Below are positions 9,797-19,579 of a stretch of 61,455 bases of DNA, in pieces. Positions within the stretch are counted from its first letter, which is position 1, and each line of letters opens with the position of its first letter. Source of the stretch: an uncultured Desulfobacterales bacterium (lineage in GTDB: Bacteria > Desulfobacterota > Desulfobacteria > Desulfobacterales > JAUVVS01); assembly GCA_964561845.1 (NCBI GenBank), contig CAZLRK010000003.1:1-61455 (forward strand), given 5' to 3'. The translations under genes and the position numbers were made by a program. A model generated the notes under the pieces. That model had not been told where the DNA came from. It saw only the letters and a program-made list of their open reading frames with translations, and did no database searches.

Positions 9797-11344
9797 ATGG
9801 TTATTTCCAACCTTTGGAAAGTTGTTCTAATCGACGATGAAGAAGATATCCGTGAAGTAACAAAAATATCCCTTGAAGACAAGGGGTATACAGTAAACAC
9901 TGCTAAAGACGGTGAGGCAGGAATACAACTGTGCAAAGAGATGTCTCCTCAAATCGTTATCACGGACATTCGCATGCCGAAAATGAACGGAATTCAGGTC
10001 CTCGATACCATAAAAAAGGATGATCCAGATATAGAAGTCATTGTAATTACTGCATTTGGTGAGATGGACCTGGCCATCCAGGCTCTCCAGTTAGACGCTT
10101 CGGATTTTATAACTAAACCGATCAATGATGAAGCGCTTCACCTTGCCTTGAAGCGTGCTCAACACCGCTACACTTCTAAAAAACAACTTAAGGACTACAC
10201 CGCTCTTCTGGAAAAGGAAAAGGCAGAAACCGCCCAAGAGCTGATAAGAACACTGTCTTTCCGAGAAAATCTCATAGAGAGTTCCATGGACGGGATAATA
10301 GGATGTGATGAAAAAGAAAATGTGATTATATTCAACAAAAGCATGGAAAAGATGCTCGGTTATTCCAAAAATGAAGTTTTCAATAAAATGACCCTTGATC
10401 AGTTTTTTTTTCCAGGCGAAGAAATACGGTTCAAAACAGAACTCGCAAGTGAGAAGTATGGTGGGGAAAACCGGCTTTTTCTCTATGAAACTACACTGCT
10501 GGAAAGCTCCGGCCTGACAATTCCCGTTGAAGTTTCGGTCATTGTACTGTTTAACGAGAACAGGGAAGATGGTTTGGTCTGTTTTTTCAGGGACCTTCGT
10601 GAAATCCGGAAACTTGAGCGAGAGGTTGCTGATCAGGCCCGCATACTTCACCAGGACAAAATGATGTCCCTGGGGCGGCTTGCGGCAAGCGTAGTGCATG
10701 AAATTAACAATCCTCTATCCGGAATTCTCAATTATTTGAGGCTTATGGCACGTATTCTGCAACGCGGCACACTAGATGAAAAGCGCCAAAATAAATTTCA
10801 GCAGTATCTAGACCTTGTGGAAAACGAAACGAGTCGTTGTTCTCGGATCATTTCCAACCTTCTTACTTTTTCGCGAAAATCCGCTCCGTCTTTTGAGCAG
10901 GTGCAAATTGACGAACTTTTAAACCGATGCATGCTTCTTAGTCAGCATAAACTTGAGTTGAGCAACATCAACCTTGTTCATTCCATGGAACCGGGAATAC
11001 CTCCTGTACTTGGCGACTTCAACCAACTACAGCAATGTATCATAAATCTTATTTTCAACGCGATTGACGCCATGCCGAATGGGGGAACACTTAATCTTGA
11101 GGGGCGTTGCGATTCTACAACCGGTTTTGTATTTATCAAGGTGAAAGATTCAGGGCCGGGAATTCCCGAGGAGGATATTCCACATATCTTTGAACCCTTT
11201 TTCACCACCAAAAAAGAGGGATATGGGGTAGGGCTCGGACTTTCCACAATTTACGGTATTATGGAACGTCATAAGGGAACCGTGACCATAGAAAACCGGT
11301 CCGGGCAAGGCGCTGCATTTATACTCAAACTTCCTGTAGGATAA
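9797..11344 (+). CDS. Hybrid REC-PAS-histidine kinase
   Basis: RBS AGGAG before ATG 9797; receiver domain, PAS, HEINNP H-box, G1/F/G2 boxes. Confidence 0.92.
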   Translation: MVISNLWKVVLIDDEEDIREVTKISLEDKGYTVNTAKDGEAGIQLCKEMSPQIVITDIRMPKMNGIQVLDTIKKDDPDIEVIVITAFGEMDLAIQALQLDASDFITKPINDEALHLALKRAQHRYTSKKQLKDYTALLEKEKAETAQELIRTLSFRENLIESSMDGIIGCDEKENVIIFNKSMEKMLGYSKNEVFNKMTLDQFFFPGEEIRFKTELASEKYGGENRLFLYETTLLESSGLTIPVEVSVIVLFNENREDGLVCFFRDLREIRKLEREVADQARILHQDKMMSLGRLAASVVHEINNPLSGILNYLRLMARILQRGTLDEKRQNKFQQYLDLVENETSRCSRIISNLLTFSRKSAPSFEQVQIDELLNRCMLLSQHKLELSNINLVHSMEPGIPPVLGDFNQLQQCIINLIFNAIDAMPNGGTLNLEGRCDSTTGFVFIKVKDSGPGIPEEDIPHIFEPFFTTKKEGYGVGLGLSTIYGIMERHKGTVTIENRSGQGAAFILKLPVG

Positions 11345-11383
11345 AGCAGGGATCATATTGTATTTAAAAAGAAACGCCTATTC

Positions 11384-11653
11384 GTAATATTTTAGCTGTT
11401 TGAAAACCAGGTCACTTCAAAGGTAATTAAATTTTAAACCGTGTAAAACTCGCGCATAAGTGAGCGTAAAGAAAGAACAGTGCATGTCTCTTTAATAAAA
11501 CATCAAAGCTATAAATGCCGATTAGCCGTTAACACAAATAATGCAAGCCCCTGTTCTTTCTTAACTCTCACTAATACGCTCAGACAGTTACACGATTAAA
11601 AATTAAACAACCTTTGAAGTTTGACAGTTACTTTTAAAAGGCTAAAATGTTAC
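11384..11653. mobile_element. MITE-like palindromic element, family A copy 1 (270 bp)
   Basis: Termini GTAATATTTTAGC / GCTAAAATGTTAC; flanked by 8-bp direct repeat GCCTATTC (11376-11383, 11654-11661); nested internal inverted repeats. Confidence 0.85.
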
Positions 11654-11678
11654 GCCTATTCAAATTTGAGGAATAAGG

Positions 11679-13430
11679 ATGGCAATAAAAATAGGTAAAC
11701 CCGCCGATCCCAATTTAAGCGTAATTCAGTGTGAGAAATGGATAGAGCTCCTGGATGAATTGAATGTCGGGGCATTCACTGTGGATCTTCACCGTCGGAT
11801 TTCATCCATGAACTTAAACGCTCAGGCGCTTATTGGGATGCGAGAAGTTGAAGTGGTCGGCAGAGATTGTCGTGAAGTCTTTGTAGGGGTCCCCTGTTTA
11901 ACGACTTGCATATTCAGTGAGAAAGTTGATGTTGAAGCAGAAGAGCCTATTGTGGAAATCTTTGACGAAGATGATACCAGACACCTGGTGACACGGATGG
12001 CCACGCCCTTTTACGGACCGGATCGAAATGTGGCAGGATGTTTGACCATACTCCAAGACAACTCACCCATTGCCGACCTTATCAATAGAGTTCACCACGA
12101 AGAACGCAGCCTTAAAATCATTCTTGACAACCTTGATGTGGGTATTTTCACGGTAAACCGTGGAGGGCTCATCACATTTTTTAATAGGGCAGCTGAAAAG
12201 ATTCTTGGTTACAATCGCGGTCAGGTGTTGGGAGAACCCTGTTCAGCAATTTTTGGAGGAGATCAAACGCCTGATATTTGTTTGCTAAAGGCGTCCATAG
12301 AAGACGGCAGCTCGCGCGTTTCTCAGGGCGGAAGGATGTATACCATTGATGATGTATCCATTCCGGTTCGTGCTACTTATATGGCTCTTAAAAACGAAAA
12401 AGGAACCGTTGTAGGAGGGCTTGTTACTTTCCATGATCTCACTTTAATTCGTCAGCTCAACCAGGTAATCAGCGACCGCTATACTTTTTATGACATGATC
12501 GGAAAAAGCCCTGCCATGCAGAATATCTTCGAAATGGTGAATGTGGTATCAGAAAGCGATGCCACGATTCTTATTGAAGGAGATACAGGTACCGGAAAGG
12601 ACCTATTGGCCAAGGTTATCCATTCCGCAGGCAGGCGTTCTGATAAGCATATGATCAAGGTAAATTGTGCGGCAATTCCGGATAATCTTCTTGAATCGGA
12701 ATTATTCGGTTACATCAGGGGGGCATTTACCGGAGCGGATCGGGATAAACCCGGGCGTTTTCAGGAGGCAGACGGAGGAACAATATTTCTGGATGAGATC
12801 GGCGAAATACCTCTTTCCCTTCAGGCTAAACTTTTAAGGGTTTTGGAAGATAAAGAATTTTATCCCCTAGGTGGTCGTAGAACCGTAAAAGTTAATGTAC
12901 GTATTATTTCTGCTACAAACCGTAGTTTGGAAAGGTTGGTGGACGAGCAACTTTTCCGTGAGGATCTCTTTTATCGGCTTAATGTGCTGCGATTAGAGCT
13001 GCCTTCCCTGAAAAATCGACGTGAGGATCTTTCTTTACTTATTTCTCATATAATCAGGAAATTGTGCGTTACAAAAGAGAGCGGGCCACCTGCGATTTCC
13101 CAAAAAACCATGGAAATTTTGCTCAACTATGATTATCCTGGTAATGTCAGGGAACTTGAAAACATTCTTGAACACTCTCTGTTAATCTGTCGTGGCAAGG
13201 AGATAAAGCCTGAACATCTTCCAATTTCTATCCAAAAGCGTTCTGCAATTCACATGCCCGGTATTTCTATCGCTCATATGGTTGCGAGCGGTTCAAATGG
13301 CGGAGAACGAAAAAAGATTCTTCGAGCACTTAAACAATACAACGGGCATAGGGGAAAGACTTCCCGCGCTCTGGGCATGGACCGCACCACCCTTTGGCGA
13401 AAAATGAAAAGGCTCGGTCTTACCTTTTGA
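11679..13430 (+). CDS. PAS-PAS sigma54-dependent transcriptional activator
   Basis: Two PAS domains, GDTGTGKD Walker A, GAFTGA, YPGNVRELEN, C-terminal HTH (LGMDRTTLWRK). Confidence 0.93.
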   Translation: MAIKIGKPADPNLSVIQCEKWIELLDELNVGAFTVDLHRRISSMNLNAQALIGMREVEVVGRDCREVFVGVPCLTTCIFSEKVDVEAEEPIVEIFDEDDTRHLVTRMATPFYGPDRNVAGCLTILQDNSPIADLINRVHHEERSLKIILDNLDVGIFTVNRGGLITFFNRAAEKILGYNRGQVLGEPCSAIFGGDQTPDICLLKASIEDGSSRVSQGGRMYTIDDVSIPVRATYMALKNEKGTVVGGLVTFHDLTLIRQLNQVISDRYTFYDMIGKSPAMQNIFEMVNVVSESDATILIEGDTGTGKDLLAKVIHSAGRRSDKHMIKVNCAAIPDNLLESELFGYIRGAFTGADRDKPGRFQEADGGTIFLDEIGEIPLSLQAKLLRVLEDKEFYPLGGRRTVKVNVRIISATNRSLERLVDEQLFREDLFYRLNVLRLELPSLKNRREDLSLLISHIIRKLCVTKESGPPAISQKTMEILLNYDYPGNVRELENILEHSLLICRGKEIKPEHLPISIQKRSAIHMPGISIAHMVASGSNGGERKKILRALKQYNGHRGKTSRALGMDRTTLWRKMKRLGLTF

Positions 13431-13528
13431 GCGTTACCCACTTTTTACCTTTTGTCTCAGAATTTCAAATCCGTTTATCATGCTTTGCTTATATCAGGCA
13501 TGAACATAGGAGTTTTAACTAAAAAATC

Positions 13529-13640
13529 TGCAACACTATGTTGCAATAATGTTGCGCAACATAGCTATATTAATATAGCTATCCGTTAATTAAACATATT
13601 TAAACTTATCAGGCTGTGTGTTGTTGCACAACATGCAACA
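13529..13640. promoter_or_regulatory. Palindromic upstream activator sites (TGCAACA/TGTTGCA)
   Basis: TGCAACA-CTA-TGTTGCA (13529-13545), TGTTGCGCAACA (13550-13561) and TGTTGCA-CAACA-TGCAACA (13622-13640), 90-200 bp upstream of a sigma54 promoter. Confidence 0.6.
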
Positions 13641-13725
13641 TCTCGCTTGTTTCTTATAAAGCCCCCTCCATGCCTTTCACGTGATAACCTTCTGTAAATA
13701 AAGTATATATTTTATAATTCGATCT

Positions 13726-13741
13726 TGGTATATTATTTGCT
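13726..13741 (+). promoter_or_regulatory. sigma54 (-24/-12) promoter upstream of the Hdr cluster
   Basis: TGGTATATTATTTGCT: GG at 13727-28 and GC at 13739-40 with 10-nt spacing. Confidence 0.65.
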
Positions 13742-13829
13742 ATATAATCAGTATTGGAAATATTCCAATTTCGATATGGATATCATTTTCCCAAATGTGT
13801 CGTATGAATACAAATAAGGGCACTTTGAC

Positions 13830-14270
13830 ATGGCTAAGGAAAGAAAGAGGATTCTGGTAGTAGCTGACGAAGCAGATATTAGGATTTTTTTATCGAACCT
13901 TCTGGATGCACGAGGTTTTGAGCTCATCGAAGCCGGAAATGGAACAGAGGGGTTAAAAATAGCCGAAACAATGAAACCGGCTCTTATCATTCTTGACGTA
14001 ATGATGTCAAATAAAGAAGGTATTCAAGTATACCACAACCTCAAAAAAGATGAGACCTTGAAAATGATTCCCGTTATTATGCTTTCGGCCATAGACCGAA
14101 AGACTTTTTTTCTTTACAAAAAATTTCAGAGCACTCCATCCGGTGCAGGAGTGCCTGAGCCTGAAGCTTATTTGGAAAAACCCCCAGAAGCTGAAGAACT
14201 TATGGGTATAGTTCAGATGCTAACAAAAACAGGTGTAGAAACAATTAAACGAACCTTTGAAGATAGATAG
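13830..14270 (+). CDS. Single-domain response regulator with an atypical acidic pocket
   Basis: ILVVADE (Ala at the first Asp), IILDVMM phospho-Asp, LSA, EKP. Confidence 0.85.
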   Translation: MAKERKRILVVADEADIRIFLSNLLDARGFELIEAGNGTEGLKIAETMKPALIILDVMMSNKEGIQVYHNLKKDETLKMIPVIMLSAIDRKTFFLYKKFQSTPSGAGVPEPEAYLEKPPEAEELMGIVQMLTKTGVETIKRTFEDR

Positions 14271-14340
14271 TTCTAATTCCAGAGCTGAACCCCCCAGCTA
14301 TGCAGGGAAGAATGGCAAAAGCTATGCTGTGGTATTTATT

Positions 14341-14677
14341 TGTTCGTAAACGTAAACATACACGTGCTCGTGCTCGTGAACGAAAGGAATATGTTTATCA
14401 ATGTTCAATCGAATTTCTCGCTTTAGCGTTTGAAGTTATAGAAAATATTTCAAGAGGGTATTTGTTAATTATAAATGAATATACACAGCAATTCTAATTA
14501 TGGAAAATAAGCCTTATTATAGGAGTGCGTTTAACCATTAAAATCGGCTTTGGAGTATTGGGATGGTGGAGTTCAATTAGCACCTTGCACTAAGTCAATG
14601 CAATCTGGCAATCCGCCAAAATTAGAATTGCTGGAATATACGTTCACGAGCACGAGCACGTATACGTGTACGAGCAC
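14341..14677. repeat. Inverted hexamer-array (GTGCTC/GAGCAC) pair enclosing a decayed ORF
   Basis: Perfect 21-bp inverted repeat acgtgctcgtgctcgtgaacg (14362-14382) / cgttcacgagcacgagcacgt (14641-14661). Confidence 0.8.
14387..14640 (+). pseudogene. Probable remnant of a four-helix-bundle (23S rRNA IVP / bAvd-like) gene
   Basis: Translates to VYQCSIEFLALAFEVIENISRGY, resembling the L-x-V-Y-Q-x-[AS]-I-E-F...P-R-G N-terminus of that family; the frame then hits stops. Confidence 0.5.
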
Positions 14678-14775
14678 GGGAGAAAATCCTTAAGGGCTGC
14701 ATGTATTTTATGCCCTTTTAGGGTTATAATTAAGCCACCGCCGATGCCGGTGGTCATGACTATCCGGAGGTATAT

Positions 14776-16128
14776 ATGTCCATAAAAATCGGTTTTTATA
14801 TCTGCCACTGCGGGATTAATATCGCATACAGAGTACGCGTGGAGGAAGTGGCCGCCTTTGCCGGGCAGTTGAAAAACGTTGCAGTAGCCCGTGACTATAA
14901 GTTTATGTGCTCTGATCCCGGGCAGGAAATGATTGAAAAAGACATTAAGGAACTTGATTTGAACCGGGTTGTTGTGGCTTCCTGTTCACCCAGGCTACAT
15001 GAAAAAACATTTCAAGGTGCCTGCCAGAGAGCGGGACTTAACCCTTACAGGTTCCAGATGGCTTCTGTTCGAGAACAGGTTTCATGGGTAACCGAAGACG
15101 AAGACGAAGCCACAAGAAAGGCAAAGAGCCTGATTGCAGGGGCAATCAACAGGGTTAACTTCAATGAAGCCCTGGAAAGCCGTGAAGTAAGTGTTCATCC
15201 TGACATCATGGTGGTGGGAGGCGGCATTGCAGGCATGCAGGCTGCTCTGGATATAGGTGCTTCCGGCCATAAAGCATATTTGGTTGAAAAAGATCCTACA
15301 ATCGGCGGACACATGCTTCAGTTCGACAAGACCTTCCCAACACTCGATTGTGCCGCCTGTATCGGCACACCGAAAATGGTTTCCGTGGCGCAAGATCCTA
15401 ACATTGAATTGCTTTCCTATAGTGAAGTTGAGGAAGTATCTGGATTCATTGGGAACTACAAGGTTAAGACACGAAAGAAACCTCGCTATGTCGACGTAAA
15501 AAAATGCACCGGCTGTGGAGATTGCGCCCAGGCATGTGTTGTTCACAATGTCATTCAATTTCCCGAAAAACCTCCCTTGCCGGTTATGGAACAGGATGAA
15601 GAAAGTGCCCTGAAAGCCACTCTATCGGCCCACGAAAACCGGCAAAGCGACCTCATCGCCATGCTCATAGAAATAAGCGATGAACTCGGATACTTACCTC
15701 GGCCCGTATTGACAAATCTGGCAGACCGGTTGGATATTCCCCTGTCCCACGTTTTTCGAGTGGCTACTTTTTACGCTCAGTTTCGTTTTCAGCCCTTGGG
15801 TAAACATCAAATCATGGTTTGCCAGGGTACTGCCTGTCATGTCCAGGGAAGTAGACGTATTCTGGATGCAGTGATCAAAAAACTTGATATCATGCCAGGT
15901 GAGACCACGCCAGACTTGGAGTTTAGCCTGGACAGGGTGGCTTGTTTTGGTGCATGCGCTCTGGCTCCTGTGGTGGTTGTTGACGATAAGGTTTTTGGAG
16001 GAATGTCTTCCACGAAAACGGAAGAGATTATAGATGAACTTTATACGGGGAAAAAGATTCAGGAACTTACCGTGGTAAAGCAAATCCATGAACCTAAGAT
16101 GGAAACTCATGTTGAGGAACTAAGATGA
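14776..16128 (+). CDS. hdrA: HdrA N-terminal half fused to a NuoE/HydC-like [2Fe-2S] domain
   Basis: ICHCGINI, FMCSDPG, VASCSPRLHE, GGGIAG FAD motif, KTFPTLDCAAC, PRYVD..CTGCGDCAQAC; then NuoE-like VATFYAQF..CQGTAC..CFGAC. Confidence 0.88.
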   Translation: MSIKIGFYICHCGINIAYRVRVEEVAAFAGQLKNVAVARDYKFMCSDPGQEMIEKDIKELDLNRVVVASCSPRLHEKTFQGACQRAGLNPYRFQMASVREQVSWVTEDEDEATRKAKSLIAGAINRVNFNEALESREVSVHPDIMVVGGGIAGMQAALDIGASGHKAYLVEKDPTIGGHMLQFDKTFPTLDCAACIGTPKMVSVAQDPNIELLSYSEVEEVSGFIGNYKVKTRKKPRYVDVKKCTGCGDCAQACVVHNVIQFPEKPPLPVMEQDEESALKATLSAHENRQSDLIAMLIEISDELGYLPRPVLTNLADRLDIPLSHVFRVATFYAQFRFQPLGKHQIMVCQGTACHVQGSRRILDAVIKKLDIMPGETTPDLEFSLDRVACFGACALAPVVVVDDKVFGGMSSTKTEEIIDELYTGKKIQELTVVKQIHEPKMETHVEELR

Positions 16129-19100
16129 AGTTTGAAGAGATAAGAAACAAGGCAATGGTGGAATGGGAAGAATTCGTACTAAAGGATCGAGCTGCAATCC
16201 TTATAGGCGCGGGTACGTGCGGACGAGCTGCGGGCGCACTGGAGGTATTTTCTGCCTTTCAAAGCGAATTGGACAAAAGATCCCTGTCTGACAGGTGCAA
16301 GCTTGTAGCGGTAGGATGCCTGGGGCTATGTTATGCAGAACCGTTGGTGGAGATAAAGGATGAACAGGGAAGGCGCATACTTTATCAAGGCGTAGATCAG
16401 GAAACGGTACCCCAGTTGATTGAATCTCATCTGGGAAAAGGAGAGCCTGTATTGTCAAAGGCTATGGCAGTAATGGAGGGCCAGCCTCTTAATGGTATTC
16501 CGCTTTTTAACGATCTGCCAATGATGCGTCATCAGTTTAGGATTGCGCTTAATAACTGTGGCCAGATTGATCCCACCAATATAAATCACTACATTGCCAG
16601 GGGAGGATACTCTTCTCTGGATCGTGTCCTTTCAATGAACCCTGAAGATGTTATCGACATGGTTGAGACATCACTTTTACGAGGTCGCGGTGGAGCCGGC
16701 TTCCCGACCGGTACCAAATGGCGGTTTTGTCGAAATGCCCCCGGAGATATTCGATATTTGATATGTAATGGAGACGAGGGCGATCCGGGCGCCTTCATGG
16801 ATCGCAGTATCATGGAGGGCGATCCTCATGCAATCATAGAGGGTATGCTGATTGGCGCTTTTGCAATGGATGCAAAGGAAGGAGCCCTTTATGTGCGGGG
16901 TGAGTATCCACTGGCAATCGAGCACCTGAACCAGGCGCTTAACGATGCCAGGGAAATGGGAATATTGGGTAAGAATGTGATGGGCACGGATTTTAACTTT
17001 GAGTTGCACATTGTTCGTAACGCGGGGGCCTTCGTTTCAGGTGAGGAAACAGCTCTTTTGCGTTCGGTGGAAGGAAGTGTTGCTGAGCCAAGGCCTCGAC
17101 CTCCTTTTCCTGCCCAATCAGGTCTTTATGGCCAACCTACATGTATAAACAACGTGGAGACTTGGGCCAATGTCCCTATTATTGTTAAAAAAGGTCCTGA
17201 CTGGTTTAAAAATGTTGGTGTGGAAAAGAATGGGGGAACCAAGTTGTTCAGCCTGGCAGGCAAGGTTAAAAACACGGGCCTGGTTGAGATACCCATGGGA
17301 ACTAGCGTGCGTGATGTTGTCTTCGAAGTTGGCGGCGGCATTCTGGGGGATAATCCCATTAAGGCCGTACAGACCGGAGGTCCATCAGGCGGGTGCATAC
17401 CGGAATCTATGTTAGACTTGCCTTTGACTTACGAGGGTCTAGTAGAAGCAGGGACTATTATGGGATCAGGTGGTATGATTGTTATGGACAGTGAGACATG
17501 CATGGTAGACATAGCTCGGTTCTTCCTGGAGTTTACCACGAAAGAGTCCTGCGGAAAGTGTACACCCTGTCGGGAAGGAACCGAAAAAATGCTTGAAATC
17601 ATGGAACGAATCTGCGCAGGCGAAGCCGAGGAGGATGACATCGCTCTCCTGGAGCGACTTGCTAATGGCGTAGCCGCTACATCGCTGTGCGGTTTGGGCC
17701 AAACCGCTCCGAACCCGGCAAAATCAACCTTGAAATATTTTAAGGAAGAATACCTTGCCCATATAAGGGATAAATATTGCCCTGCAGGCGTTTGCAAAAA
17801 ACTGGTACCGGGTCATTGTCAGAAGGCATGTCCGGCCGGCATTGATGTTCCCAGTTATGTAGCATTAATTGCACATGGGAGGTTTGAAGAGGCTGTTAGG
17901 GTTATTCGCGAGGACAATCCATTCCCCTGGGTCTGTGGCCTTGTTTGCCCAGCTCCATGCGAAAAAGAATGTGAAAGGGGAACGGTGGATAAGCCAATCA
18001 GTATTAGGGTACTTAAAGCCTTTGCGAGTAAATATGTCATGGAAAATCTTGGGAGCTATAAAACCGCCATTAAGACGAAACGGGACGACAAGATCGCCAT
18101 CATAGGTTCAGGACCTGCCGGGCTATCTGCGGCCTACTATCTTGCTATGGAGGGATATAAAATAACTGTCTTTGAAGCCCTTCCAAAAGCGGGTGGAATG
18201 CTGCGTGTGGGTATCCCACCCCATCGTTTGCCGAAAAGTATCCTGGATAAGGAAATAGAAAGCTTTTCAAACCTGGGTATAGAGATAAAAACAAACACAC
18301 CTCTTGGTCCGGACATGACCCTGGAAAACCTCTTTGATCAGAGATTTAAAGCTGTTTATCTTTGCATTGGCGCCCATAAACCCATGCCGCTTCGTATAAA
18401 AGGTGAAGACTCAAACGAAGTGATGCAAGGAGTTACATATCTTAAGAAGTTAAACCTGGGCGAACCCGTTCCTCAAGGAAATAAAGTTGTTGTCATAGGC
18501 GGAGGGAATGTAGCCGTCGATGTTGCGAGATCTGCTGTAAGAAAAGGAGCAGCCAATGTGACGATCTTGTATCGAAGAACTCGTAGAGAAATGCCTGCCT
18601 ATGATACGGAGATCGAAGAGGCCCTTGAAGAAGGTATCAATATAACCTTTCTGTCCGCGCCCGAAGAGATATTGGTAAAAAATAACAAGGTTACAGGGCT
18701 AAGATGTATTAAGATGGAGTTGGGGAAGCCGGATGCTTCAGGGCGCCGCAGGCCGGTTCCTGTTGCCGATTCGCAATATGAAATGGAAGCAGACCTTGTT
18801 TTTCCTGCTATAGGGCAGATCCCTGATACAACCCATTTGAAAGAGATTGAAGGTCTTGAGATGATTAAAGGGGGCACAATTAAGGTAGACCATGAGACCT
18901 TTGCCACAACAGTAAAAGGAGTATTTGCGGGAGGAGATGCGGTAACCGGTCCCGCTACTGTTATTGAAGCCATTTCTGGGGGAAAGAAAGCGGCTCTTTA
19001 CATAGATGCTTTTATTCAAGGAGAAGAAAAACCAAGAAAACCACCGGTGCCTGTAAGAAGAATGAATGTTGAAAAGTTTGAAGTAAGTGAAGAAAAGATG

Positions 19101-19238
19101 GAAAAATTGAAGCGCCCTGAAATTCCCTTACTTCCGATTAAAAAAAGAAAAACAACATTCAAGCAGGTGGAGCTTGGCTTCACAGAAAAGATCGCCTGTG
19201 ATGAGGCCCAGAGATGCCTTCGTTGTGATTTGAGCTGA
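16125..19238 (+). CDS. NuoF/HydB-like FMN/NADH subunit fused to a GltD/NfnB-like FAD/NAD(P)H domain
   Basis: LRGRGGAGFPTG, NGDEGDPGAFMDR, SCGKCTPCREG, SLCGLG; then CQKACPAG..CGLVCPAPCE, GSGPAG, GGGNVA..YRR, RCLRCD. Confidence 0.9.
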   Translation: MKFEEIRNKAMVEWEEFVLKDRAAILIGAGTCGRAAGALEVFSAFQSELDKRSLSDRCKLVAVGCLGLCYAEPLVEIKDEQGRRILYQGVDQETVPQLIESHLGKGEPVLSKAMAVMEGQPLNGIPLFNDLPMMRHQFRIALNNCGQIDPTNINHYIARGGYSSLDRVLSMNPEDVIDMVETSLLRGRGGAGFPTGTKWRFCRNAPGDIRYLICNGDEGDPGAFMDRSIMEGDPHAIIEGMLIGAFAMDAKEGALYVRGEYPLAIEHLNQALNDAREMGILGKNVMGTDFNFELHIVRNAGAFVSGEETALLRSVEGSVAEPRPRPPFPAQSGLYGQPTCINNVETWANVPIIVKKGPDWFKNVGVEKNGGTKLFSLAGKVKNTGLVEIPMGTSVRDVVFEVGGGILGDNPIKAVQTGGPSGGCIPESMLDLPLTYEGLVEAGTIMGSGGMIVMDSETCMVDIARFFLEFTTKESCGKCTPCREGTEKMLEIMERICAGEAEEDDIALLERLANGVAATSLCGLGQTAPNPAKSTLKYFKEEYLAHIRDKYCPAGVCKKLVPGHCQKACPAGIDVPSYVALIAHGRFEEAVRVIREDNPFPWVCGLVCPAPCEKECERGTVDKPISIRVLKAFASKYVMENLGSYKTAIKTKRDDKIAIIGSGPAGLSAAYYLAMEGYKITVFEALPKAGGMLRVGIPPHRLPKSILDKEIESFSNLGIEIKTNTPLGPDMTLENLFDQRFKAVYLCIGAHKPMPLRIKGEDSNEVMQGVTYLKKLNLGEPVPQGNKVVVIGGGNVAVDVARSAVRKGAANVTILYRRTRREMPAYDTEIEEALEEGINITFLSAPEEILVKNNKVTGLRCIKMELGKPDASGRRRPVPVADSQYEMEADLVFPAIGQIPDTTHLKEIEGLEMIKGGTIKVDHETFATTVKGVFAGGDAVTGPATVIEAISGGKKAALYIDAFIQGEEKPRKPPVPVRRMNVEKFEVSEEKMEKLKRPEIPLLPIKKRKTTFKQVELGFTEKIACDEAQRCLRCDLS

Positions 19239-19269
19239 TGGTTTAAAGCTCTAAGAAGGCAAGAGACAG

Positions 19270-19545
19270 GTAATATTTTATCTGTTTGGAAACAAAGTAG
19301 CTTCAAAGGTAATTAAATTTTAAACCGTGTAAAACTCGCGCATAAGTGAGTGTAAAGAAAGAACAGTGCATGTCTTTTAAATAAAACATCTAAGTTATAA
19401 ATGCCGATTAGCCATTAAAACGCATAATGCAAGCCCCTGTTCTTTCTTAACGCTCACTAATACGCTCAGACAGTTACACGGTTAAAAATTAAACAACCTT
19501 TGAAGCTTGCTAGTTCTAATTTTTTTCATAAGGCTAAAATGTTAC
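19270..19545. mobile_element. MITE-like family A copy 2 (276 bp)
   Basis: Near-identical to 11384-11653; 8-bp direct repeat AGAGACAG (19262-19269, 19546-19553). Confidence 0.88.
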
Positions 19546-19579
19546 AGAGACAGAAGTTTTACAGAGAGAGGAGTTATTG

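Noticed and set aside
14300-14497. 65-aa ORF as a functional gene
   Set aside because: Its N-terminal part (HTRARARER) is translated repeat sequence; only a fragment resembles a real protein.
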